Shown: positions 8,595 through 19,493 of the stretch, one piece after another
Numbering within the stretch: position 1 is the stretch's first letter
Layout: each line of letters starts with the position of its first letter
NCBI GenBank assembly: GCA_021789915.1
Contig: JAJYIV010000001.1
Span: forward strand, 375-64,374
DNA: 64,000 bases
DNA from: a bacterium
Lineage (GTDB): Bacteria > Patescibacteriota > Patescibacteriia > UBA9934 > GWF2-40-263
Reading direction: 5' to 3'
Translations under genes and position numbers: made by a program
Notes under the pieces: model-generated
Told to the model about the DNA's origin: nothing
Seen by the model: the letters and a program-made list of their open reading frames with translations, nothing else
The model's database searches: none

Positions 8595-9434
8595 TCAATA
8601 GACGTTCACCGTGATTTCCATGCCCTTGATCGCCTCCAGCGGCTGGTACTGCGCCTTCAAGCCGTCGAAGACCTCCTGCACCCATGCCGCGTCGCCGGCG
8701 CGGGCGCGGTCATACGAGTGCGGCGGCAGGGCAAGCTTGATGGGCGGATGATCCGGCGCGCGCCCGACGAGCGCGCGCGCCGCGTCGAAATGATTGTCGT
8801 AGACGTGCGCGTTGCTGATCGAGTGCGTGTAGATGCCGGGACGCACGCCGAGGCGTTGCGCCAGGATCGCCTGCAGCAGCGCAAAGCCGGCGGCATCGTG
8901 CGGGCAGCCGAGCATCATGTCGTTGGAACGGACGATATTGTGCAGATGCAGCCGCCCGCCGGCGATGTTCACCGTGAACGTGTACGGGCACGGCAGGTTT
9001 TTCTTCGCGTCGACACCGAGGCCGTCGCTGGCCGGATCCCACGTGACGACGACGCCGTGGCGCGACGCGGGATTTTCCGTCAGATGCGCGATGAGCGCCT
9101 CGATCTGATGGCGGCCGAAATGCGCGGACCAGCGGTAGCCGTACGCCGCCTTCACCGTTCCGTCCGGCTCGAGGAAATCGTCCCATATTTTCGTGAACGG
9201 CCGCAGCCAGGACGGATCGTTGCCGCCCTGCAGGAACCACGCCTGCTCGGCAATGAAGATCTTGAGCGGGATCCGGCGCAGCGCGAGCAGCGGAAAGGAC
9301 TCCTCCGCGTCCACGCGCAGGGTGATGCCGGGCAGCATGCGCGGCGTGCGGCCGGACCACGGGTTCGGCTGGTCCAAGCCGTGGTCCAGGATGTCCGCGA
9401 CGGCCTGCCGGTACTGGGCGTCGAATGGCTGCAT
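8595..9434 (-). CDS. thymidylate synthase family protein with dCMP-type Asp at the Asn177 site
   Basis: IWD, AYGYRW, catalytic LPC, RSNDMMLGCPHD, NAHVYDNH. Confidence 0.92.
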   Translation of the reverse strand: MQPFDAQYRQAVADILDHGLDQPNPWSGRTPRMLPGITLRVDAEESFPLLALRRIPLKIFIAEQAWFLQGGNDPSWLRPFTKIWDDFLEPDGTVKAAYGYRWSAHFGRHQIEALIAHLTENPASRHGVVVTWDPASDGLGVDAKKNLPCPYTFTVNIAGGRLHLHNIVRSNDMMLGCPHDAAGFALLQAILAQRLGVRPGIYTHSISNAHVYDNHFDAARALVGRAPDHPPIKLALPPHSYDRARAGDAAWVQEVFDGLKAQYQPLEAIKGMEITVNVY

Positions 9435-9514
9435 ACGCGCTCGAGCGTAGCAAAAGGCGGCGGCGCTTCCCAGTGGATAACCTCCGCGGCCGATTGCGCT
9501 AGAATGTCCGGCGT

Positions 9515-9946
9515 ATGGAGTGGCTCACGATACGGCTGAAGCGACTGGACCCGCAGGTACCCATGCCCGCGTACAAGACGCCGGGAGCCGCCGCTTTCGA
9601 CCTCGCCGTCGTCGAAGGAGGCGTCCTGGCGCCCGGGGAGCGGCGGCTGTTCCGGACGGGGCTGGCGATGGAAATCCCCGCCGACCACGCCCTGTTCATC
9701 TTCGCGCGCTCGAGCAATGCCAAAAAAGGCGTCGCCTTGGCCAACGGCGTCGGCGTTCTTGACCACGATTTTTGCGGACCGGAGGACGAGCTGCGCCTCG
9801 CCCTGCACAATATCGGGGGTGCGCCCTATGAGATCCAGCCGTACGAGCGCCTGGCCCAGGGGATGATTTTGCCGGTGCCGCACGTCGTGTTCCTCGAGAG
9901 CGAACTCACGGACGCCAATCGCGGTTCGTTTGGGTCGACGGGATAA
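9515..9946 (+). CDS. dut: trimeric dUTPase
   Basis: AAFDL, ARSS, GVLDHDFCG, ERLAQG, RGSFGSTG. Confidence 0.95.
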   Translation: MEWLTIRLKRLDPQVPMPAYKTPGAAAFDLAVVEGGVLAPGERRLFRTGLAMEIPADHALFIFARSSNAKKGVALANGVGVLDHDFCGPEDELRLALHNIGGAPYEIQPYERLAQGMILPVPHVVFLESELTDANRGSFGSTG

Positions 9947-9992
9947 ATCTGGTACTCTTCGCACAGGTCTTTTTGAAGCGGAGGAAACCGTT

Positions 9993-10721
9993 ATGGGCAA
10001 CGGAACGTTCATCATGTTCGACGGCATCGGCGGCAGCGGGAAAACAACCGTCGTCCGTGCCGTGGCGTCGGCGCTGGCGGCACGAGGCGCACGGCTGTTT
10101 TGGCAGGCGGCGTGGGAACAGGCGCACGGTGCCACGCCGACCCTTGCAGACGCCGGGGACGCGGACGTTCTGCTCACGGCGGAACCGACGAAGGCCTGGA
10201 TCGGCGCCGCCATTCGCGGCGAGCTGTCGCGCGCGGACGATCCCTACGGCGGCACGGCGGCGGCGCACGCGTTCGCCTTGGATCGCGAGATCCTGTACCG
10301 CCGGCTCGTCATCCCGGCGCTCGCGGCGGGGAAAACCGTGCTGCAGGATCGGGGCGTATGCACGTCGCTCGCCTACCAGCCGCTCATGGAGGGCGGCCTT
10401 CCCGCCGAAGAGATCGCGTCCCTCCCCGGCAACCGCCTGGCCCTCGCGCATGCGCCGCACGTCCTCGTGCTGGTGCGCGTCTCGCCGGAGACGGCGGCGC
10501 GGCGGCTTGCCGCGCGGACGGAACCAGCCAAGGGCGTCTACGGCGATCCGGTGTTCCTGGCGCGCGTGGCGCGGGAATCGTACGACGATCCCGCGTTCCG
10601 CGACCGCTTCGCCCGGCTCGGGACAAAGGTTCTGACGCTCGAGGCGGAGGATGGGCCGGAGGAGGTCGCCGCTTCCGCGATCCGCCTGCTCCGGGAATTC
10701 CTGCCAAGCCTCCGCTCCTAG
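9993..10721 (+). CDS. tmk: thymidylate kinase family protein
   Basis: FDGIGGSGKTT, AEPT, QDRGVCTSLAYQ. Confidence 0.88.
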   Translation: MGNGTFIMFDGIGGSGKTTVVRAVASALAARGARLFWQAAWEQAHGATPTLADAGDADVLLTAEPTKAWIGAAIRGELSRADDPYGGTAAAHAFALDREILYRRLVIPALAAGKTVLQDRGVCTSLAYQPLMEGGLPAEEIASLPGNRLALAHAPHVLVLVRVSPETAARRLAARTEPAKGVYGDPVFLARVARESYDDPAFRDRFARLGTKVLTLEAEDGPEEVAASAIRLLREFLPSLRS

Positions 10722-10784
10722 GACCGCCCGCGCGGTCTTCTTTTTTTCCAGCCCTTTTTGTAAAATGGCATCAACATCCATCCT

Positions 10785-11669
10785 ATGCCACGCCCCATCT
10801 CCATCCGCCTCAGCGAATTGATCGACCGCGCCTGGGAACAGTACCGCGGCGCGTTCGGAACCTATCTCCGCGTCACGGCGTGGCTGCTCGTCCCCGGCCT
10901 CCTGTTCATCATCTCCCTGCTCCTGTATCCGACGGCGGACACGCTGTTTTCGGGCCAAGGATTGACGGGGTTGCAGCTCTCCGGCGCCATTCTTTATTTC
11001 ACGACCTACGCGCTCATCCTGCCGCTGACGGCCCTGTGGGCGTACGTGACCATGGTCCAATGGTCGCTCGCGCGCCTGCGCGGCGGCCGGAAGGATCTCC
11101 GCGCGTCGATGCGCGAAGGCGTTCGCCGGCTACTGCCCGTTCTGGGCGCCACGGCGCTCCTCGTCCTGTCCATCGCGGCCGCTTATGTCGGTCCGCTCGT
11201 TCCCGGATTCCTCCTCTCGCTGACGATCGGCCATTATGACGCCGCCTGGATGATGGTGTTGCGTTCGCTGGTCCTCCTCATCGGCGTGCCGGCCGCGTTC
11301 GCCCTGGCGGTCTACGCCTTCGGCGTCCTGCAATTCGCGCCGGTCGCCGTGGCCGCCGGCGATGCGAAAGCGGCGGCGTCCCTCAAGGAGAGCTTCCGCC
11401 TGGTTCGCGGACGGTTCTGGGGCGTGCTGTTCCGCTCGCTGATCGCCAAAGGCCTCTTCCTTCTGCTCGGCGGCGTCGCCTTGTGGATCGCGGGAAGCCT
11501 GTTGAGCGCCGTCACGAGCCTGGCGCTGCCGTCGTCGCCCTTCGCGGCCCTGCGCCTGGTGACCATCATCTTCAGCCTGCTGTCCTGGATCATCGTCCCG
11601 ATGTTCGTCACGCCGGCCGTCACGCTGGTCGACGTAAACCTCTACCGAAGCCTCAAGGAGAACGTATGA
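10785..11669 (+). CDS. multi-pass membrane protein
   Basis: about 6 hydrophobic helices; SLKESFRLVRGRFW motif. Confidence 0.8.
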   Translation: MPRPISIRLSELIDRAWEQYRGAFGTYLRVTAWLLVPGLLFIISLLLYPTADTLFSGQGLTGLQLSGAILYFTTYALILPLTALWAYVTMVQWSLARLRGGRKDLRASMREGVRRLLPVLGATALLVLSIAAAYVGPLVPGFLLSLTIGHYDAAWMMVLRSLVLLIGVPAAFALAVYAFGVLQFAPVAVAAGDAKAAASLKESFRLVRGRFWGVLFRSLIAKGLFLLLGGVALWIAGSLLSAVTSLALPSSPFAALRLVTIIFSLLSWIIVPMFVTPAVTLVDVNLYRSLKENV

Positions 11670-12388
11670 TCCCGTCCGTCGCCGATCTCCTGCGCGCCGC
11701 CTGGCGGCTGTATCGGTCCACGCTGGCCCTGCTGTCCGGCTACCTGGCCTGGCTTCTCCTGCCGATCATCGCGCTCGTCCTACTCTCCTTCGCCCCGGCG
11801 GGAGTCGCCGCCGACGCGGCGAGCCTTCTCATCCAATTGGGCGGCGCCGTGCTGTCGATTTGGATTTCGCTCATCGTCATCCGCATCCTTTCCGCCTCGG
11901 CAACCGGCCGGCACGAGGCGCTGCCGGCCGTCATCCGGTCGTCGCGCGAGCGCTTCGGGCCGTTTTTGACGGTCAGCGTGCTGCAAGGAATTGTCGTCCT
12001 GGGCGGCTTCATCCTGCTCATCGTCCCCGGTTTGATCTTCCTCGTGTGGTACGCATTCGCTTCGCTGGAGGCGGCGCTCTCCGGTCGACACGGGCTTGCG
12101 GCCCTCGCGGCAAGCCGGAACCTCGCGCGCGACCGGTTTTGGCCGGTGATGTGGCGCCTGGCGGCCGGCCCCGTCGTGCTCACCGCGTGGTACGCCATCC
12201 TTATGGGGATCATCTTCATTCCGCTCCTCGTCGCCACGGGCACCACGATCGCGGCGGTGACCGGCGACCACCCGCCCATTTGGTTCCTCGCCTTCGACGC
12301 GCTCGGTCAGACGTTCTTCCTCACGCCGCTCTTGCTCGCCTATTCGGTCCTGCTCTACCATTCGCTGGCTGGTGAACGTGAGACGTAG
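11666..12388 (+). CDS. multi-pass membrane protein, paralogous in style to upstream gene
   Basis: ATGA overlap with upstream gene; LLIVPGLIFLVWYAF, ALAASRNLARDRFW. Confidence 0.8.
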   Translation: MIPSVADLLRAAWRLYRSTLALLSGYLAWLLLPIIALVLLSFAPAGVAADAASLLIQLGGAVLSIWISLIVIRILSASATGRHEALPAVIRSSRERFGPFLTVSVLQGIVVLGGFILLIVPGLIFLVWYAFASLEAALSGRHGLAALAASRNLARDRFWPVMWRLAAGPVVLTAWYAILMGIIFIPLLVATGTTIAAVTGDHPPIWFLAFDALGQTFFLTPLLLAYSVLLYHSLAGERET

Positions 12389-12560
12389 AAAACGTAGAAA
12401 GCGCAGAATCGCTCGTCATAGTCGGAGCCAAACTCGCTCGTAGAAACGACGCGGATGAGACGCTTCTACGATTTCTACGTTCTACGAGCGAGCCGAAGGC
12501 GAGCGATTCTACGTTCTACGAGCCTGGCGCAGCCGGGCGATTCTACGTCTTCAACGCTTC
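12383..12560 (+). repeat. GTAGAA/TTCTAC modular repeat element, copy A
   Basis: core AATCGCTCGTCA..GT.GG.GCCA.ACTCGCTCGTAGAAACGACGCGG plus GCGAGCCGAAGGCGAGCGATTCTAC module. Confidence 0.85.
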
Positions 12561-12569
12561 GCGTCCTCT

Positions 12570-14099
12570 ATGTCCCTCGAACCCGTCATCGGGCTGGAAA
12601 TCCATCTCCAGCTCAAAACGAAGTCCAAGATGTTCTGCGGCTGCGCCGCGCACGAGCAGGGTGCGGCGCCCAACGCGAACGTGTGTTCGATTTGCCTGGG
12701 CCATCCCGGGACGCTGCCGGTTCCGAACGCCGAAGCCGTGCGCTTCGGCGTCATGCTCGGATTGGCGCTGAACGCCGAGATTGCCAAACGGTCGAAGTTC
12801 GACCGCAAGAATTATTTCTATCCGGACCTCCCGAAGGCGTACCAGATTTCGCAATACGACCTGCCGATCGCGCAGCATGGATTCCTGGAGTTCGACACGC
12901 CCGCCGGCGTGCGGCGCATCTCCATCGTCCGCGCGCATTTGGAAGAGGACGCGGCGAAGAACACGCACAGCGGCGACGGCAGCACGCTGGTGGATTTCAA
13001 TCGCGCCGGCACGCCGCTCGTGGAAACCGTCACGGGGCCGGATTTCCGCTCGCCGCAGGAAGCCAAGCTCTTTCTGCAAGAGCTGCGGCTCATCGCGCGC
13101 TACCTCGGCGTGTCCGACGCCGACATGGAAAAAGGCCATCTGCGCTGCGACGCCAATATCTCGCTGCGCCAGCGCGACGAGGCCGGGAACGTCGTCGGCA
13201 AGGAGTTCAACCCGAAGACGGAAATCAAGAACCTCAATTCGTTCCGCCACGTGGAGCGCGCGCTGGCATACGAAATCCAGCGGCAGACCAAGCTGTGGCA
13301 GGCCGGTTCGCCGCCCGCCGTCACGACGACGCGCGGCTGGAACGACGCCAAGCAAGTGACCGTCGAACAGCGCGTGAAGGAGAGCGAGGCGGACTACCGA
13401 TACTTCCCCGAGCCGGACATCCCGATGCTCGAGCTTGCCGCGCTCGCGGACGACGCGCGGCATCATCTGCCGGAACTCCCCGCCGCCCGCCGCGCACGCT
13501 TCGTCGAGGAGTATCGCCTGAAGCCAGAGGACGCGCGCCAGCTGTGCGACGATCCGGCGCTGAGCGATTTCACGGAACGCGTCTTCTCCGAGCTGCAAGG
13601 CTGGCTGAATGCGCTGCCGGAACTCGACGGCGCCCAGGACGAACAATGGGAGACCGAGCGCAAAAAGCTCGGCCGGCTCGTGTCGACGTGGACGCTCACC
13701 AAACTGCTCGGCGTGCTCGCCGAGCGTGCGGCGGACATCCGCGTCGCCAAGCTCACGCCGGAGCACTTCGCGGAGCTCATCACCCTAATCGCCACGAAGA
13801 AGCTCAACGCCACGTCGGCGCTCACGGTGCTGAACGCCATGCTCGACGACGGCGCCGATCCGTCGCACGTCATGGAAGACAAGCAGCTCGGGATGATGGA
13901 GGACGTGGACGCGCTCGCGGACGCGATCGACCGCGTGATCGCGCAGAATCCGGCGGAAGCCGCGCGCTACCGCGCCGGCGAGAAGCAGCTGCTCGCCTTC
14001 TTCGTCGGCCAGGTGATGCGGGCGACGGAAGGCACGGCGGACGCGAAGGAAACGCGCAATCTGCTCGCCGTGAAGCTGGACGACATCGGCGCGGAATAA
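12570..14099 (+). CDS. gatB: Asp/Glu-tRNA amidotransferase subunit B
   Basis: IGLEIH, FDRKNYFYPDLPK, HLEEDA, LRCDANIS, DYRYFPEPD. Confidence 0.98.
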   Translation: MSLEPVIGLEIHLQLKTKSKMFCGCAAHEQGAAPNANVCSICLGHPGTLPVPNAEAVRFGVMLGLALNAEIAKRSKFDRKNYFYPDLPKAYQISQYDLPIAQHGFLEFDTPAGVRRISIVRAHLEEDAAKNTHSGDGSTLVDFNRAGTPLVETVTGPDFRSPQEAKLFLQELRLIARYLGVSDADMEKGHLRCDANISLRQRDEAGNVVGKEFNPKTEIKNLNSFRHVERALAYEIQRQTKLWQAGSPPAVTTTRGWNDAKQVTVEQRVKESEADYRYFPEPDIPMLELAALADDARHHLPELPAARRARFVEEYRLKPEDARQLCDDPALSDFTERVFSELQGWLNALPELDGAQDEQWETERKKLGRLVSTWTLTKLLGVLAERAADIRVAKLTPEHFAELITLIATKKLNATSALTVLNAMLDDGADPSHVMEDKQLGMMEDVDALADAIDRVIAQNPAEAARYRAGEKQLLAFFVGQVMRATEGTADAKETRNLLAVKLDDIGAE

Positions 14100-14128
14100 G
14101 AAAAACGCCCCACCCGGGGCGTTTTTTT
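14100..14128. terminator. bidirectional intrinsic terminator
   Basis: AAAAACGCCCC-accc-GGGGCGTTTTTTT between converging gatB and the miaA-side transcript. Confidence 0.85.
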
Positions 14129-14182
14129 GCAAACCCAACCACCCCGACGTATCCGTCAAGGTGGTGGCTGGTCCCGGGGTTG

Positions 14183-14256
14183 TGGACCCGACGGGGTTCG
14201 AACCCGTAACTTCCGTTGTCAACACAGATGAAGTTGCCATTTACTTCCACGAGCCC
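14183..14256 (-). tRNA. non-canonical tRNA-like cloverleaf (Val-GAC-like or UGA reading; identity uncertain)
   Basis: GGGCTCG/CGGGTCC acceptor, GAAGT/ACTTC D stem, TCTGT-GTTGACA-ACGGA arm, ACGGG-TTCGAAC-CCCGT T arm, A73, no encoded CCA. Confidence 0.7.
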
Positions 14257-14396
14257 AAGGTCCTGACCCGGGATAAAAACGGAAAAGTCCTCCACCGCAT
14301 ATCTGCCGGTGGAGGACCGTTCCGTGACAACGGAAGCAAGTTCCCGTGAGGAACCTCACCTGTGTATCTACAGTCAATCAGAAAAAATCCTGCTTG

Positions 14397-15510
14397 TCAA
14401 TGACTGGTCTGTGGATGAAGAAAAATGTCGACGAGCGTTTCGGCTTCGCTCGGCGCTTTCACCCAGTGAATGCGTGCGTCGCGCTTGAACCACGTCAGCT
14501 GGCGCTTGGCGTATGCGCGCGTGTCGCGCTTGATGTCTTCGATCGCCGCGGCGAGATTCGCTTTGCCGTTCAGGAAAAAAGCGATCTGACGATAGCCGAT
14601 GCCCGTCATGGCGACGGGCAATGCGCCGAGCGTCGGAACCCCCTCAGACTCCCCCTTGGCAGGGGGAGATGACGCAGGCATTAATCCCCGCACTTCGTTC
14701 ACCAGGCCCTTGGCGATCATCTCGTCCACGCGGTCGTCGATGCGGCGGTTCAGTTCGTCGCGCTCGACGTCGAGACCGATCTTGAGCACGTCGTATTTCA
14801 GCTCGCCCTTCACCTGCATCGCGGAGAACGGCTTGCCCGTGACGCGGCAGACTTCCAGCGCGCGCACGAGGCGGCGCTTGTTGTGGCGGTCGATCTGCTC
14901 GGCGCCAAGCGGATCCAAGCGCTTGTATTCGGCGAAGAGATCGTCGAGCGAGCGCGGCTCCAGCTCGGCACGGATCGCCGGATCGGGCGGGACTTCCGGA
15001 ATGGACAGGTTGTCGACCAACGCATCGACCCACAAGCCGGTGCCGCCGACGACGATGGGAAGGTGGCCGCGCTTCACGATTTCCGCGATGCGCGCCTCGG
15101 CATACGCCTTGAATTGCGAGACGTTGAAATCCTCGTCCGGGTCGGCCACGTCGATGCCCCAGTGCGGCACGCCGTCGACCATATACGGCTTTGGGCGGAA
15201 GAGGTCGTGAATGGAGAGACGGCCTGCTCTTGCCTTGCCTTTGTCATCCTGAGCTCCGCCCGCACGCAGACGGGGCGAAGGATCTGACGGATTCTTCGCT
15301 TCGCTCAGAATGACAATGGGGACGGCCCTGTCGCGGATCGGCTTCGCCGTGCCGATGTCCATGCCGCGATAGATCTGGCGCGAATCCGCGGAGATGATTT
15401 CAGCTCCGTTTCCGCCAAAGGCGGATCCGCCTCCGGCGGAGAACCGTTTTGCCAACGCAATGCCGAGCGCGGTTTTCCCGCTCGCCGTCGGCCCGACGAT
15501 CACGATGAGT

Positions 15511-15527
<17 letters not shown>
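14397..15527 (-). CDS. miaA: tRNA dimethylallyltransferase with three in-frame palindromic inserts
   Basis: GPTASGKT, ISADSRQIYRGMDIGTAKP, VGGTGLW, YAKRQLTWF. Confidence 0.97.
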
Positions 15528-17022
<1,495 letters not shown>

Positions 17023-17080
17023 AGCGCGCAGACGATACCAAAAGCGTCGCAAAGAAAAAAGCCCCGACCGATGCGATCGG

Positions 17081-17551
17081 TCAGGACGAGAGCAGAATGA
17101 CGAAGACAGCTTCGAGGAAAGGCCAGACCGTCTCGCGGTTCGGTTCACCGGACAGACAAAGGGCGATGTCGGCCTCCAGACTCGTCAACGGATCGCGCCG
17201 CAGCCAGCGCCTGGCCGTGGATCGCACCAAGGCCCTTGCGGCTTCAATAGAACCGCCTGGCGGCGCCAGCGCCAGGATGGAGGCGCGCGCCGCGCCGACA
17301 TTGAACGTCGACCAGTCCTTCGGCAACGCGGACAGATTCTGGCGCAGGACCATCCTGTGTCCCCTGGCGAGGACGCGCCCCTCGCCCGCCGCGCGGCGGA
17401 GGGACGCATCATCCCGATGCCCGGCAAACGCCTCGTCCTCTTCCGGCGTAAAGAGAAGCGCATCGAGGAAATCGTCCAGTCCGGCCATGCGCTCGTCAGG
17501 CCCTCCGGCCGGACGCTCTTCTTCCGTCTCTCGAGCAAGATGCAATCCCAT
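17081..17551 (-). CDS. hypothetical protein
   Basis: GGAGG RBS before MGLHLARE; open frame without recognised motif. Confidence 0.5.
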   Translation of the reverse strand: MGLHLARETEEERPAGGPDERMAGLDDFLDALLFTPEEDEAFAGHRDDASLRRAAGEGRVLARGHRMVLRQNLSALPKDWSTFNVGAARASILALAPPGGSIEAARALVRSTARRWLRRDPLTSLEADIALCLSGEPNRETVWPFLEAVFVILLSS

Positions 17552-17705
17552 GAACGTCCCTCCGCGGCCGCCGCGATTCGGCGGCCGACGGGGCAAGGTA
17601 GCGGATCCTTCGGAAACCGTCAAATCCTGCACCTGCATCCTGCGCCGGCATTCGCCTCTTGCGCGGAAAAGTGCTATGATGCAATCAAACTATTTCCATT
17701 CTTCT

Positions 17706-19493
17706 ATGCCCAATCTTGAACGCCTGCCCTCACGCAAAGGGCCGGAGGTCCCGCCTATTCCCGGCGAACGGGCGCAAACGCCGGAGCAGCGCGCCGCCGC
17801 GCTGGAACGTCTGAAAAACATCAAAAAGGAAGCCAAAGAAACCCTGGCGAGGGCGTCGGAAGAAGCGCGCCGCCTGTCCAAACGTCTGAGGCTGGGCGAA
17901 CAGAAAGCCTTGGCGGAAGAAGAGCAGGCAAACGCGGAAGGAATGCCGGTGGAATCCCCGTCCGTCGCAAAGAAGGGGTTGTTCGGGCGCTTGGCAAAAC
18001 TGTTCCGCCGCTCGCCGGAAAAGGCCGAGTTCAAGCGGATGATGAAAGAAGGGAAAAAAATGGCGCGGGTGGAAAAGGAGGAAGCGGCTGCCTGGGCCGT
18101 GCATGAGAAGGAAGAGGCCCTTGCGCAGATGACCGTCGCGGAGCACGAGGCGGCATTCGGCAAGGCGGGCGCCAAAGCCGCAGAACGGGCGCGCAAAGCC
18201 GAGGCCGCCGAGGCCGCGGCGGCGGGGAAACGGGCACGGACGGAAATGGCGGAAGAGTTCGCAGCCATGAAAGAAAGGGAGGGAAAGATGTCTGCAGAGG
18301 CGAAACGGGCCGAAGGGTACATGAGGGAGGGGAATGAGCGTTTCATGGAGCTGATCGCCGAGGGGAAAGAACCGGAGGAAGCCGTACGCCTGATGGGACC
18401 GACCATGGCGGAGCTGGCCGCGGCCGGGCTGCGCCGCGCCGGCGAACAAGCGAAGCGCGCCGGTGGCGCCGCCGCCAGGGGCCTTGACGTCGGCCTCGGA
18501 TGGACGGAAAAGCAGCTGACGGGTTCACGGGGCCTCTTGGCGCACGGGGTGGAAACGTACAACAAGGCGAGCAAGGCGGTGAACGAGAAACTCGATGATC
18601 TCACCCTCGCCGCCGGACGCGGCGTGGCCAAGGGCGCCCGAGCCGGCGTCGAGGCCGCCAAATTCGTGCGGGCGCAGACGAAGCGCGGGCCGACGGTGAG
18701 CGAGGCAGCGCGGAGTGTGGCGGAAAGCGCAGCAGCCTTGCGCGCCAGGACGACTGGCCGCGGACCGACGATTGGAGAAGCGGCGCGCATGGGGAAAGAA
18801 GTCATCGGACGAGGCGTCGGCAAGGCGGGCGAGCTCGCGGCGGCTGGATTGGAAAAGGGCGCCGGGCTCACGGCGGCCGGACTGGAAAAGGCGGCCGCGA
18901 AAGCGCGGGGCTTCGAGCAACGCCGCGGACGAAAGCCCGACGAGGAAGAGGAACTCGGCCCCGTGGAGATCGAAGAAGAAGCCGTGATGGAGGGCGCGCC
19001 GGAATCCATCGACATCGCGTCGGCCGTGGCCGAAGCGGCGGACAAGCGCCGCCTTCCGCGCAATTTCGACGAAGAGTTGCGCCGGCTCATCTCGTTCAAA
19101 GCGGATTCCCACAAGCTGTATACTCCGGCCATCGACGCCATCGAGCGTCTGATCGAAGGGACGGGAAACGAGTCCGACGCGCACGTGCGGGAGCTGTACT
19201 TCGACGGCTGGACGAACGCGCAGCTCGAAGCGCTGGTCGAGCGCGCGGAAGGCGGCGTGAACCAGCTCGAGTTCCGCGCTACCCTCAAGAACCTCGTCAG
19301 CTGGGCGAAGCGATATCCCGTCGCGTATGAACGCGAAATGGACAATATCAAACGGTATGCGGCCGGACAGAATCTGGAAGGGCGCGCCGTCAAATACCCC
19401 CGGTGGACGAATGAAGATTTCCAAGCCTTGCTCAACGAAGTGACGGGCCAGGTCGAACGGCAAAACGCACGCAGAACCGCGAGCAACGAGTAA
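17706..19493 (+). CDS. Ala/Glu/Arg-rich coiled-coil protein with duplicated C-terminal module
   Basis: long biased ORF; repeats RGPTVSEAAR/RGPTIGEAAR and WTNAQLEAL/WTNEDFQAL. Confidence 0.8.
   Translation: MPNLERLPSRKGPEVPPIPGERAQTPEQRAAALERLKNIKKEAKETLARASEEARRLSKRLRLGEQKALAEEEQANAEGMPVESPSVAKKGLFGRLAKLFRRSPEKAEFKRMMKEGKKMARVEKEEAAAWAVHEKEEALAQMTVAEHEAAFGKAGAKAAERARKAEAAEAAAAGKRARTEMAEEFAAMKEREGKMSAEAKRAEGYMREGNERFMELIAEGKEPEEAVRLMGPTMAELAAAGLRRAGEQAKRAGGAAARGLDVGLGWTEKQLTGSRGLLAHGVETYNKASKAVNEKLDDLTLAAGRGVAKGARAGVEAAKFVRAQTKRGPTVSEAARSVAESAAALRARTTGRGPTIGEAARMGKEVIGRGVGKAGELAAAGLEKGAGLTAAGLEKAAAKARGFEQRRGRKPDEEEELGPVEIEEEAVMEGAPESIDIASAVAEAADKRRLPRNFDEELRRLISFKADSHKLYTPAIDAIERLIEGTGNESDAHVRELYFDGWTNAQLEALVERAEGGVNQLEFRATLKNLVSWAKRYPVAYEREMDNIKRYAAGQNLEGRAVKYPRWTNEDFQALLNEVTGQVERQNARRTASNE

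Noticed and set aside
14183-14256. tmRNA or integrase att-site remnant
   Set aside because: Has a full D arm and anticodon arm, no tag ORF, no adjacent integrase; kept as a tRNA-like element
17097-17705. N-terminal 200 aa extension of the coiled-coil ORF
   Set aside because: Overlaps a minus-strand gene with a good RBS; composition shifts at the ATG at 17706
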